Notes: generated by a model from the sequence alone, not told the origin. A stretch of 64,000 nucleotides of DNA from an uncultured Chloroflexia bacterium (GCA_963796365.1 CAWCLJ010000004.1:1930519-1994518); one strand, 5' to 3'. Shown: positions 1 through 9,004, numbered from the stretch's first letter. Made by a program: numbers and translations.

Positions 1-1273
1 CGCCAAAAATTCTACGATATGAAAAGTAGTAATATGAAGCGCTTTTTGTTCGGTTTCTTTCGATATCGAGCCAGTCGAAGTCAGTATCTCCATAAGGGAG
101 GATACGGACACCCTCCCTGTAAATATAAAGACCACCAATTTTGTTCATTTTATTAGCCAGGCGCCCCCACTCCTCGATGGGAATTGTTGACTCTTTTGCT
201 AACCCCTGAACGTTAGCAACGTTTATCTTGAAAGAACCGCATTGTGTAGGTAATCCTCCTCCATCTTTCCACGGAATAATATGATCTTTATATTCTTCTC
301 CATAAACTGAGACGATACCTTTAAACTGACCATATTCATCAAATGCCCCGGAAATATGGTGGTCTGCATTCACAAACTCGGAGGGAGTAAAAAACTCTCT
401 GTCCTCAATAAGGTCAATAGTGATATCATCGGTTTTGTGATCTCTAAATGCCGTCTTAATCACGGGCTCGGAATGTTCGGGGGTCATGGTATTGGTAAAT
501 CCAAGCAAAGCTTTTTGTAGGCGAGGCGCTCTTTCGGTATCCGGTTCGTCAATATCGGCCTCTAAAAGCTCGGAAGCAGGGCAGATAATAAAATGAGTAC
601 CATACTCATCGCCCGTCAATTTTGGTCCTTTTAACGACTCGTAAATTGGTAGAAGGTCTATTGCGAGCATCTTCGCATCATCAAGAATTTCGTGAGACTT
701 CTTTTCATTGATTGACTTATGAAGCCTGGTAACATTAGCACCGAATTCGATAAGCATACTGTTGATTACTGATTTTGAAGGCAATTCTCCTCCGGGAATT
801 GCCCTCAAAGGAATGTCTACGTCTTCAAGGGTAATCCCGGGACATTCAAATATACCCCAATGTATGTACGCAACTACGAGGTCGTGTAACTTATTGAATC
901 TTTTCGCCCTGGTCAAAACCAATAACTGTGAACCAATGCTTGCTATTGCCAAACGTCCTATACCTTTTTCTCCAAGTATTGGGCGTATTTTTTGGTCAGG
1001 ATCGCTTGGTGGTGGTATAATGCCGTTTTTAGTACCAAGTTTGCTTTCGGTACCAAGAGTTAGCCAACGCGTTTCAAAATCCTCAAGAGTCATGCCTAAG
1101 CCGTCATCTCTAAGGATGAACAACTTATTTGAACGTATGTAGTCCACCTCCACATGCTTGGCATATGCATCATGGGCATTTTTAAACAATTCGCTGATTG
1201 CGGTTGGAATGCCGGCAATTTGTTGGCGTCCTAGCATATCCACGGTACGTGCGCTAGTTTTAAATTTTGCCAT
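1..1273 (-). CDS. GHKL-superfamily ATPase (HATPase_c_3 / MORC-paraMORC-like), C-terminus cut by the window edge
   Basis: Absent from the ORF track because it runs off the window. My minus-strand translation from ATG 1273 reads MAKFKTSARTVDMLGRQQIAGIPTAISELFKNAHDAYAKHVEVDYIRSNKLFILRDDGLGMTLEDFETRWLTLGTESK...GEKGIGRLAIAS. This gives the Bergerat-fold N box (ExxxNAxDA), G1 box (DDGxGM) and G2 box (GxxGxG). The frame stays open to position 1 (about 424 codons). The start overlaps the dcm stop by 14 nt. Confidence 0.75.
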   Translation of the reverse strand, partial: MAKFKTSARTVDMLGRQQIAGIPTAISELFKNAHDAYAKHVEVDYIRSNKLFILRDDGLGMTLEDFETRWLTLGTESKLGTKNGIIPPPSDPDQKIRPILGEKGIGRLAIASIGSQLLVLTRAKRFNKLHDLVVAYIHWGIFECPGITLEDVDIPLRAIPGGELPSKSVINSMLIEFGANVTRLHKSINEKKSHEILDDAKMLAIDLLPIYESLKGPKLTGDEYGTHFIICPASELLEADIDEPDTERAPRLQKALLGFTNTMTPEHSEPVIKTAFRDHKTDDITIDLIEDREFFTPSEFVNADHHISGAFDEYGQFKGIVSVYGEEYKDHIIPWKDGGGLPTQCGSFKINVANVQGLAKESTIPIEEWGRLANKMNKIGGLYIYREGVRILPYGDTDFDWLDIERNRTKSASYYYFSYRRIFG

Positions 1274-2345
1274 TTTCAGATTTCTCCGCGTATTTATTCA
1301 GGTGTTCAATAATGTGTTTCCCAAAAAGCTCCGCCAAAATAACGGGAACGGCATTCCCTATCTGGCGAGCCATTTCGTTTAAGTTTCCTTCAAAAATAAA
1401 GTTCCGGGGAAACGTTTGAAGACAAGCTGCTTCGCGAATACTTATTGCCCTATCCTGCTCTGGATGCCCGAATCTGCCATTGGAAAGACTTATACACCGA
1501 GTAGTCAAACCGGTAGCTGGTTTATCCCATTTCATACGTCCATAAACATCCGTATGGCCTCTATATCCGTTTGAATGGCATTTTAGCTTTAAATTGTCTG
1601 GCCAATGTCTACGATCCTCACCCTCCTCAAGTGCAGCTATGCGTTTAAGGTTATCTGGAGACAATGAAGCTGCTCGATGATTTGGTATTAATGGGTGAAT
1701 CTCACCAGCATCTATCGGAGGAAGATCAATTATCCAGTCTCTTACTTTGGAGTATTGTTTTTCTCCATTGGGGCCATGAGTTTCGGAGGGAATATCAATT
1801 TCATGATATCGACTAGCTACTAATACTAAACGCCTTCGTATTTGCGGTACGCCATACGATTGCGATGCAACAACTTTATATTTATAGTTGTACCCCATTT
1901 TTTTTAATGAACGGATTAACCTGCCAAAAGGACCTCCCTTACTTTTTACTTTTTGAAGGCCAGGTACGTTTTCAATAAACAAATATTCAACCTTAAAGTA
2001 TTCTAAAAAACGGATGAATTCATCTAACAAATTTACGCGGTTATCATTTTGGCGGTGCTTTGTTTTTTGCTTGGTAAATGGTTGGCATGGGGCACAGGCG
2101 GAAAATAATATTGGATGTCCTTCACATTCTTTTATAAGAGGAAGCAAGTCTTCACAAGCCAAACTTCGGATGTCATGTAAAAAAAAATTTACGTCCGGAA
2201 AATTCCTCTTGAATGTTTTCCCGGCTATTGGGTCATTGTCAAGCGCAAAAACGATATCCATTCCTGCGTTTGCAAAACCCCGGCAAGTTCCTCCGCAACC
2301 GCAAAAAAAATCAAATACTTTAATCGAGGACGATAGATTTATCAT
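1260..2345 (-). CDS. dcm: DNA (cytosine-5)-methyltransferase
   Basis: 361 aa with C5-MTase motifs in canonical order: I FDFFCGCGG, IV PCQPFT, VI ENVPGL, VIII QIRRRL, X GNAVP. Confidence 0.92.
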   Translation of the reverse strand: MINLSSSIKVFDFFCGCGGTCRGFANAGMDIVFALDNDPIAGKTFKRNFPDVNFFLHDIRSLACEDLLPLIKECEGHPILFSACAPCQPFTKQKTKHRQNDNRVNLLDEFIRFLEYFKVEYLFIENVPGLQKVKSKGGPFGRLIRSLKKMGYNYKYKVVASQSYGVPQIRRRLVLVASRYHEIDIPSETHGPNGEKQYSKVRDWIIDLPPIDAGEIHPLIPNHRAASLSPDNLKRIAALEEGEDRRHWPDNLKLKCHSNGYRGHTDVYGRMKWDKPATGLTTRCISLSNGRFGHPEQDRAISIREAACLQTFPRNFIFEGNLNEMARQIGNAVPVILAELFGKHIIEHLNKYAEKSENGKI

Positions 2346-2647
2346 CTTTTATTAGCCAATTCAAATAATGCTTTTTCGATTCCATCCATGTCAGTTATGG
2401 TATAATACGCTCTTCTTCCATTCCTAGTTGTATCTTCATGTTTTAAGATTCCATAACTAACCAATAACCGAAGATTGGGAAACCAATTGATGCCTCTTTC
2501 CTTTGCTCTTTCTAACACCCATTTCCCAGCAAACTCTCCGTTTACATGTTTAGATTCCTCCAAACATGATTCCACGATCGGGAGCCAACCGGGATGCTCC
2601 CTAGCTAGTCTTTTTGTTGCAGTATATCCAGTTACCATATATACCAC
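2342..2647 (-). CDS. small hypothetical protein, first cistron of the dcm operon (possible winged-helix)
   Basis: 101-aa ORF with an ATGA stop/start overlap with dcm (2342-2345). The C-terminal RNGRRAYYTITDMDGIEKAL resembles a wHTH wing. No family recognised. Confidence 0.5.
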   Translation of the reverse strand: MVYMVTGYTATKRLAREHPGWLPIVESCLEESKHVNGEFAGKWVLERAKERGINWFPNLRLLVSYGILKHEDTTRNGRRAYYTITDMDGIEKALFELANKR

Positions 2648-2923
2648 CTAGAGTTATACTCAGTATTGGTTGCATCATAAAGCATCATATTGATGCTTGT
2701 CAATAGTTTTAATTTTGACCTGTTCATCAGAGCTGCACCCTTGCTTTCAAGCATCCAGCATATTCATGGGGTGTACCGAAGAATGATATGGCATTGAATC
2801 GTTCAACAGCAACAATTCTCTCGCATAATTGACATTAAATGTGAAATTTATTGAGGATTGAACAAAACATCTTTTTGTTTAGGCCTAACTCTCTGATCAA
2901 ATTACCTCGTATCATCTCGGGGA

Positions 2924-2952
2924 TTGACAAAAGAACACTTGTTCTATATACT
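2924..2952 (+). promoter_or_regulatory. sigma70-type promoter of the imuB-dnaE2 cassette
   Basis: TTGACA (2924-2929), 17-nt spacer, TATACT (2947-2952). An alternative -10 is TATATA at 2945-2950. It lies immediately upstream of the imuB start. Confidence 0.6.
2933..2944. promoter_or_regulatory. LexA operator (Cheo-box type SOS box)
   Basis: GAACACTTGTTC is a perfect GAAC-N4-GTTC palindrome (extended AGAAC-ACTT-GTTCT) inside the promoter spacer. It matches the CGAACRNRYGTTYC operator class and sits in front of an SOS mutagenesis cassette. Confidence 0.65.
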
Positions 2953-2963
2953 TAATGTTTGCC

Positions 2964-4148
2964 ATGAGAATTCTTTGCGTTATCCTGCCCCATTTCCCCT
3001 GGCGGTGTGAAGTTCGCAAAAATCCGGACCTCGCCGCCCGGCCGGCCGTCGTCGTTCAAAATAAGGACGAATCCGGCTCGCAGAAAATTGTCGTGGATAC
3101 GTCCCCCGGCCTGGAAGACCTGGGTTACGGCACCCCCCTCCAGCAGGCGCTCGCCCGGCATGACAGCGCCGCTATCCTCCCCGCCGATATCCCCAATTAC
3201 CGCGCCGCCTTCAAGCAAATCCTGGATGCCATGGAGCATGTCAGCCCCCTCGTGGAAGGCGCGGATTTAGGCTCCGTTTACATCGGCGCGGACGGCCTCC
3301 AGTTGATTTACCCGGATGATAAAGCCCTCGTTAACGCCGTGCGTGCCCCGGTTGCCGGTTTCTCCCCGCAGATGGGCATCGCCGCCAATAAATTCCTCGC
3401 CTCCCTAGCCGCGCAGCAGGCCCCGCCGGACGGCTTTAAAGTCCTCGCCGGTGATGCCGCCCGCTTCCTTAAAGATTTGCCGTGTGACGTTCTCCCCGTG
3501 ACTTTAAAGAGCCGCGGCAAGCTCCGCGAGTTCGGCATCAAGACGCTCGGGCAGCTGGCCGCCATGTCCCCCGGCCCCCTTCAGTCCCAGTTCGGCCCGG
3601 AAGGCAAGCGCATCTGGGAGCTCTCTAAAGGCATTGACGACACCCCCCTTTACCCCCGCTTCATGGAGGAGGTCATCGAAGAGAGCGTAGTCTTGCCATC
3701 GGTCACCGTCTCCATGGACGCCATTCTCACCGCGGCGGAGTCGGTCCTCCTTAACGTCCTGCCGGGGGTTGTCCGCCGGGGACTCGGACTCCGCAAGCTC
3801 ACTCTCTGGACGCGTACCTGGAACGCGGAAAACTGGGAGCGCTCTATAAACTTTAAAGAGCCTGCCATGGACATTAAAAGCGTCGTCGCCCGCCTCAAGC
3901 GCATTATGGAAGAATACCCCCAGCCCGGCCCCGTCGAGCAGGTCGGCATCCACATCGACCGACTGGGCTTTCCGCGCGGGCGGCAGAAAAGCCTGTTCTC
4001 CGATATGCGGGCGCAGGAGCACCTTGCCGACGACATCGAGCAGCTGGAGTTCAAGTTGGGCAATCCCCAGATTTACAGGGTAAAGGAAATCGAACCATGG
4101 TCGAGAATACCGGAAAGACGCTACGCGCTGACACCTACAAGGCGGTAA
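2964..4148 (+). CDS. imuB: ImuB-like inactive Y-family DNA polymerase
   Basis: The ORF track gives 2955..4148. The MRILCVILPHFPW N-terminus has Y-family (DinB-like) layout but lacks the N-terminal catalytic acidic residues, as in ImuB. It sits directly upstream of dnaE2. I prefer ATG 2964 because ATG 2955 lies only 3 nt after the -10 element. Confidence 0.8.
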   Translation: MRILCVILPHFPWRCEVRKNPDLAARPAVVVQNKDESGSQKIVVDTSPGLEDLGYGTPLQQALARHDSAAILPADIPNYRAAFKQILDAMEHVSPLVEGADLGSVYIGADGLQLIYPDDKALVNAVRAPVAGFSPQMGIAANKFLASLAAQQAPPDGFKVLAGDAARFLKDLPCDVLPVTLKSRGKLREFGIKTLGQLAAMSPGPLQSQFGPEGKRIWELSKGIDDTPLYPRFMEEVIEESVVLPSVTVSMDAILTAAESVLLNVLPGVVRRGLGLRKLTLWTRTWNAENWERSINFKEPAMDIKSVVARLKRIMEEYPQPGPVEQVGIHIDRLGFPRGRQKSLFSDMRAQEHLADDIEQLEFKLGNPQIYRVKEIEPWSRIPERRYALTPTRR

Positions 4149-4381
4149 ATACCCCGCAGGCTTTAGCCGTGGAAGAAGACGCCGCCGGCTTCCCCACCGC
4201 CGTCATAATCAAGCGGCGGATACCCGTCATGAGCATCGAGGATACCTGGCGTTTGGACGACGAGTGGTGGCGCGCGGAACCGGTCTCCCGCGTCTATTAT
4301 AACGTCCTTCTCGCCAACGGCCAGCGCCTGGTGTTCTATAAGGACATGACGACGGGGGGATGGTACGAGCAGGCATATTAA
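4097..4381 (+). CDS. small conserved protein of the imuB-dnaE2 cassette (function unknown)
   Basis: The ORF overlaps the imuB 3' end and shares the GC-rich codon usage of its neighbours. It has a Trp-rich core EDTWRLDDEWWRAEPVSRVYYNVLLANGQRLVFYKDMTTGGWYEQ. The start is uncertain (ATG 4097, GTG 4169 or ATG 4229, all in frame). Confidence 0.55.
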   Translation: MVENTGKTLRADTYKAVNTPQALAVEEDAAGFPTAVIIKRRIPVMSIEDTWRLDDEWWRAEPVSRVYYNVLLANGQRLVFYKDMTTGGWYEQAY

Positions 4382-4491
4382 GGGATTCCGGTTTGTAATT
4401 CCAACGAAGGCTGGAATCCAGTGGGGAAAAGGGGTGGAGTAATCTTTTACTTGTTGTTTGGTGCTTGTATCTTGGTTATTGGTTATTTGTT

Positions 4492-7400
4492 ATGTATTCC
4501 GAACTTCATTGCCACAGCTATTACTCCTTCCACGACGGCGCTTCGTCGCTGGAAGAGCTCGTCGTGCGCGCCAAAGAGCTCGGCTATCGCGGGCTGGCCC
4601 TTACCGAGCATGATAACCTCTGCGGCGCCATGAGCTTCGCCCAGCTCTGTAAATCTTTAGACTTCCACGGCATTATCGGCGCAGAGGTCACGCTGGAAGG
4701 CGGCTCTCATTTAACGCTCCTCGCTAAAGACGGGGAGGGGTATAAAAACCTCTGTCGCCTGCTCACCTCCGCCCATAACACCGGCGAGCGCAACGACCCC
4801 CAGCTTTTCCCCCGCCTCCTGCCGGAACACTCCAAAGGCCTCATTGCCCTTTCCGGCTGCCAGCGCGGCGAGCTCGCCCAATTGGTCTCTCAATCCAAGC
4901 TTGATGACGCTCGTGCTTTAGTTAAGCAGTATATGGACTGGTTCGGGCCGGGCAACTATTATATTGAGCTCCAGCACAACCTCGTCTACGGCGATACCGC
5001 CCGCAATGCCGCTTTGCTCAAGCTGGCTAAAGAAACCGGCGCGCCGGTCGCCGCTGCCGGCAACGTCCACTACCACGTTAGAGAAAGGCACCAGTTGCAG
5101 GACTGCCTAGTGGCCGTGAAAAACTGTAAAAGCCTGGAAGAGACCCACCGCGAGCGCCGCCCCAACTCGGAGTTTTATCTGCGGCCGGAAGCGGAACTCG
5201 CCTTCCTCTTCCGCGCCTGCCCGGAGGCTTTAGCGAATACGGTGAAAATCGCGGAAAGCTGCACTTTAGACCTGACTAAAGACTTGGGCTATATCTTCCC
5301 GGACTATCCCGTCCCGGAGGGCTTTACCCCCCACTCCTACCTGGAAAAGCTCTGTTACGAGGCCGCCGTCCGCTGCTACGGTTCGGTCACGCCCGCCGTT
5401 AAAGCACGCCTGGAAGAAGAGTTCGCCCTCATCAAGAAATACAACTTGGCCGGCTTCCTCCTTATGTACCACGAGGTCATCGTGCTCGGCCGGGAAGTGA
5501 TGATAGATTTAGGCTTGAGCGACCCGTCCCTGACTGTCGAAGAGAATCCCCCCGGCCGGGGCCGCGGGTCTTCAGTGGCGTTGCTGGCGGGCTATCTCAT
5601 CGGCCTTTCCCACATCGACCCCCTCCGGTACAACCTGTCTTTAGAGCGCTTCCTCCCCGCGGACACCATGTCCAGCGCGCCGGATATTGACCTGGATTTC
5701 CCCCGCTCCATCCGCGAGGAGCTGATTCTGCGCACGCACGCCAAGTGGGGCTGGCGCCACGCCGCGCTCACCGGCACCATTGCCACCTACCAGATAAAGG
5801 GCGCCGTCCGCGACCTCGGCAAAGCTTTAGGGCTGCCGGAAGCGGAAATCGACCACCTGGCCAAACAGTCGGACTGGGGCAGCGCCCGCAAGCTCGGTAA
5901 AAAGATGGCTAAAATGCCCGGCTTTACGGATAAAGTGGATGCCCCTGTCTGGCGTGATTTAGTTCGCCTCGCCGCTGAACTGGACGGCTTCCCCAAGTAC
6001 GCCGGCCAGCACCCCGGCGGGATGATATTTTCCTCGACTCCCCTCACCGATATCGTCCCCGTCCAGCGCGCCGCCATTGAAGGCCGCTACGTCTGCCAGT
6101 GGGACAAGGACAGCATCGACGACGCCGGCTTTGTGAAAATCGACTTTTTGTCCCTCGGGGCTTTGTCCCAGCTCCAGGACGCCGTCGAGATGATAAAAGC
6201 CCGCACCGGGCAGCGTATCGATATGTCCCGCATCGACTTCGAGGACGCTAAAGTCTACGATATGCTCTGTAGAGGCGATACCATCGGCATCTTCCAGGTG
6301 GAGTCCGCCGCACAGATGCAGACCATCACCCGCCTCCGCCCCCGTAATCTCCTGGACATGGCGCACGAGGTGGCGGCAGTGAGACCGGGCGTGGGCGTTA
6401 ATGACGGCGTCCATGAGTACCTGGCGCGGCGCTCTAAAAGGAAACCCGTCGTTTATGACTGCCCGTTGGAAAAACGCTCACTGGAGCGCACACTGGGCAT
6501 TATTCTTTTCCAGGACCAGGTCAACCAGCTGGCTATCGACGTCGCCGGTTTTTCCCCCTCGGAGGCCGACCGTCTGCGCCGCGCCTTCGGCCGCCATCAC
6601 AATGAGGCGCTGCTCGAGCAGTATTACGCCCGGTTCCTCGCCGGGGCCAAAGACCGCGGCGTGACGGAAGAGCAGGCGAGAAAGGTCTTTGATAAATTCA
6701 ACGGCCAGTACATGTTCCCGGAGTCCCACGCCTTCGCCTTCGGTGTTACCGCCTATCAGGCCTCCTGGCTTAAGTGTTACTACCCGCTGGAGTTCTTCGT
6801 GGCTATCTTCAACCAGCAGCCCATGGGCTTCTATAACCTGGAAACATTAAAAGAAGATGCCAGGCGGCACGGTATCAATACACTGAACCCGGATATCAAT
6901 AAGAGCCAGTCCAAGTGCCTGATAGAAGGTAACTCCCTGCGTATCGGTTTCCTGAACGTTACAGGGCTGGGTGAAGCTTCTGCTAAAGCTATTGAAGCGG
7001 GCAGGAAACAGGGAGACTTTAAAACCATCGGCGAGTTTTTAGAGCATACTGGCGTGCTGGAAGAGGTAGCTCTTAATCTGGCCTCCGCCGGCGCCTTCGA
7101 TGCCCTCGAACCCAACCGCCGCATGGTAAAGTGGGAAATCGGCTTAAGATACCGCCCCATCAATACTCAATTACCTCTTCCCCTTCCCGTAGAGCAGGAC
7201 ATTGTCGAGTTAGCTAGCCCTAGTGACTGGGAACGAATGCAGGGCGAGTACAACGTCCTCAACCTTTACCCGGACGGGCACGTCATGTCCAAGCTGCGCC
7301 CGCGCTTTAGCAAGAGCTTCCGCACTAGCAAGGATATCGATTCCCTCCGCGACGGTGCTCCCATCCTGGCCGCCGGCCTCGTTATCCGCCGCCAGCGCCC

Positions 7401-7623
7401 CCGCGGCAAGGTGGTCTTCATCACGTTGGAAGATGAATTCGGGCACATCCCTTGCATGGTATTCGGCAAAACCTACGAACGCTACGAATATACTTTCCGG
7501 TCACCATTTATAATAATCAAGGGAAGAGTCACTCGCCGCGAGGGTACTTGTAACGTGGTTATCAATCACGTAAAGCCATTTAATGCCTTGGATAAAGTTC
7601 CGGCTTCTAAGGATTTTAGATAG
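4492..7623 (+). CDS. dnaE2: error-prone DNA polymerase III alpha-like subunit DnaE2 (ImuC)
   Basis: The PHP-domain N-terminus is MYSELHCHSYYSFHDGASSLEELV. The polymerase core includes SAPDIDLDFP and there is an OB-fold tail. It is 1043 aa from ATG 4492 (the ORF track opens at TTG 4465). Its position after imuB is typical of the mutasome cassette. Confidence 0.9.
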   Translation: MYSELHCHSYYSFHDGASSLEELVVRAKELGYRGLALTEHDNLCGAMSFAQLCKSLDFHGIIGAEVTLEGGSHLTLLAKDGEGYKNLCRLLTSAHNTGERNDPQLFPRLLPEHSKGLIALSGCQRGELAQLVSQSKLDDARALVKQYMDWFGPGNYYIELQHNLVYGDTARNAALLKLAKETGAPVAAAGNVHYHVRERHQLQDCLVAVKNCKSLEETHRERRPNSEFYLRPEAELAFLFRACPEALANTVKIAESCTLDLTKDLGYIFPDYPVPEGFTPHSYLEKLCYEAAVRCYGSVTPAVKARLEEEFALIKKYNLAGFLLMYHEVIVLGREVMIDLGLSDPSLTVEENPPGRGRGSSVALLAGYLIGLSHIDPLRYNLSLERFLPADTMSSAPDIDLDFPRSIREELILRTHAKWGWRHAALTGTIATYQIKGAVRDLGKALGLPEAEIDHLAKQSDWGSARKLGKKMAKMPGFTDKVDAPVWRDLVRLAAELDGFPKYAGQHPGGMIFSSTPLTDIVPVQRAAIEGRYVCQWDKDSIDDAGFVKIDFLSLGALSQLQDAVEMIKARTGQRIDMSRIDFEDAKVYDMLCRGDTIGIFQVESAAQMQTITRLRPRNLLDMAHEVAAVRPGVGVNDGVHEYLARRSKRKPVVYDCPLEKRSLERTLGIILFQDQVNQLAIDVAGFSPSEADRLRRAFGRHHNEALLEQYYARFLAGAKDRGVTEEQARKVFDKFNGQYMFPESHAFAFGVTAYQASWLKCYYPLEFFVAIFNQQPMGFYNLETLKEDARRHGINTLNPDINKSQSKCLIEGNSLRIGFLNVTGLGEASAKAIEAGRKQGDFKTIGEFLEHTGVLEEVALNLASAGAFDALEPNRRMVKWEIGLRYRPINTQLPLPLPVEQDIVELASPSDWERMQGEYNVLNLYPDGHVMSKLRPRFSKSFRTSKDIDSLRDGAPILAAGLVIRRQRPRGKVVFITLEDEFGHIPCMVFGKTYERYEYTFRSPFIIIKGRVTRREGTCNVVINHVKPFNALDKVPASKDFR

Positions 7624-7751
7624 CACCTATTATCTTGAGGCAATATAATTCAAAATGTTAGATACCGGATTATTTAATTACCGAAGAATACCAGTGGTAT
7701 AATAAGAAAAAATATCAATCTGTAATGTCTATCTGAACAAAGTCGTGTGGT

Positions 7752-8306
7752 ATGCCAACAAAGAATAAAAACAAGAAACAACCTAATCTCCAATCACGCA
7801 TCGTGAAACTTGTGTTTGAAGACGGCCCTCGGCCTCAGAACGGCATGACCAAGATACTTGGTATCCCTTATCAGAGCCTAAATACAGAAATCCTTGAGCT
7901 GGTGAGGATTGGAGTCCTTCAAAAAGGTGAATTGGGGATATTGTCGTTAATTGAAGATGTAGATCTGTCCCAATTTGGTGTTGATGTTCCCAAGTCTGAC
8001 AAGAATCAACAGGATGCTAAAACCGATTCTGAAGACGATCCTAATCAGTCCTGGAGAGATGGTGACTTCACACATCAGGAGAAGTTTGTAAGGCTCTTAA
8101 AAAGCGTAGGAGTAAAACAGGAAATCTCTGAGACCATATGCGCCATATACTTTAATGGAAATGTTAATAGTATATATTGGCTTCATAAAGTCCTTTTAGA
8201 TATCTCAAGAGGATTTGTTACAGAAGATCAGGCGAAAATGATAATGCCGTCATGGGCTTACTATTGGGGGATGCACTACGATTTTGATAAATTCTTCGGC
8301 GACTAA
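7752..8306 (+). CDS. hypothetical protein with an N-terminal wHTH-like segment
   Basis: 184-aa ORF. GMTKILGIPYQSLNTEILELVRIGVLQKG resembles a winged-helix recognition unit. The middle is acidic and low-complexity. No family recognised. Confidence 0.5.
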   Translation: MPTKNKNKKQPNLQSRIVKLVFEDGPRPQNGMTKILGIPYQSLNTEILELVRIGVLQKGELGILSLIEDVDLSQFGVDVPKSDKNQQDAKTDSEDDPNQSWRDGDFTHQEKFVRLLKSVGVKQEISETICAIYFNGNVNSIYWLHKVLLDISRGFVTEDQAKMIMPSWAYYWGMHYDFDKFFGD

Positions 8307-8531
8307 AATATGTAAAATGTTTTAGTATTCCTATTTTGACTCGTCCCCTACCTCCCCCCTCTTTAGCGCTACCCGTCTCTGTGGGGTTTTCAAGAATCTA
8401 AATCCATATCGTTAAAGTACAATCCATGGTCAGCTATTTTAGGTTGAGTCAAATCATTCTCCCGAACCACTGAAGTGAAGAGTGTTCTTATATCTATTTC
8501 GACTTGATTTCGGCCTCCCCACTGGGAAATC

Positions 8532-8590
8532 TGTTGTAGCTGCTCCCCGGACCTTTTGTTGTATCTGGTCACTGGAACTCTGTTGTATCT
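8532..8590. repeat. three direct copies of TGTTGTA(G/T)CT at 24-25 bp spacing
   Basis: Copies at 8532-8541 (tgttgtagct), 8557-8566 and 8581-8590 (tgttgtatct). They are followed by CTAACCCCGG / CTAACCCCCGG copies and the palindromes GGAATTCC and CCCCCGGGGG (8590-8625). Confidence 0.7.
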
Positions 8591-8756
8591 AACCCCGGAA
8601 TTCCCCCATCTAACCCCCGGGGGAAGGTCAAAAATCCAGGGAAAAGTCACCGAAATATCTTTTTCAGAATATCATTAAGGGACTTTTTTACCCCCGGTAG
8701 TGGGAGAAACTATTGAATTGATCACTGCCCAGTAAGATTTTATGCCGGTTTGAGGA

Positions 8757-8873
8757 TACCGGGTTTTACTCAAATTTGAAGTTTTGAGCGTGATATAGTT
8801 TCAAGTAAAATTTAATGAGTGTTGGGTGGGAAATTCACGTTCATCGGCTACTAAATCTGGGTAAAACCCGGTA
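8757..8873. repeat. 13-bp perfect inverted repeat TACCGGGTTTTAC / GTAAAACCCGGTA
   Basis: 8757-8769 and 8861-8873, separated by 91 nt. The right arm is followed by a second direct GGTAAAACC copy. Confidence 0.7.
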
Positions 8874-9004
8874 AAACCATATTTAACAGGAGATGTATTA
8901 TGCAAGGTTTGGGCATAACTCGGTGCGCCCTGAACATTTTCCTCTTTAGTGCAATTACTCTCATTTTTTATTGGCTGAGTAATATCAAGAGGATTTCGGA
9001 ATAT

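Noticed and set aside
762-2355. Plus-strand ORFs 762..1142, 1158..1382 and 2014..2355. Many similar antisense ORFs are listed inside recD2, aor, the ABC genes, the kinase and others.
   Set aside because: They are shadow ORFs opposite strongly supported genes. Their translations are low-complexity or biased and show no motifs.
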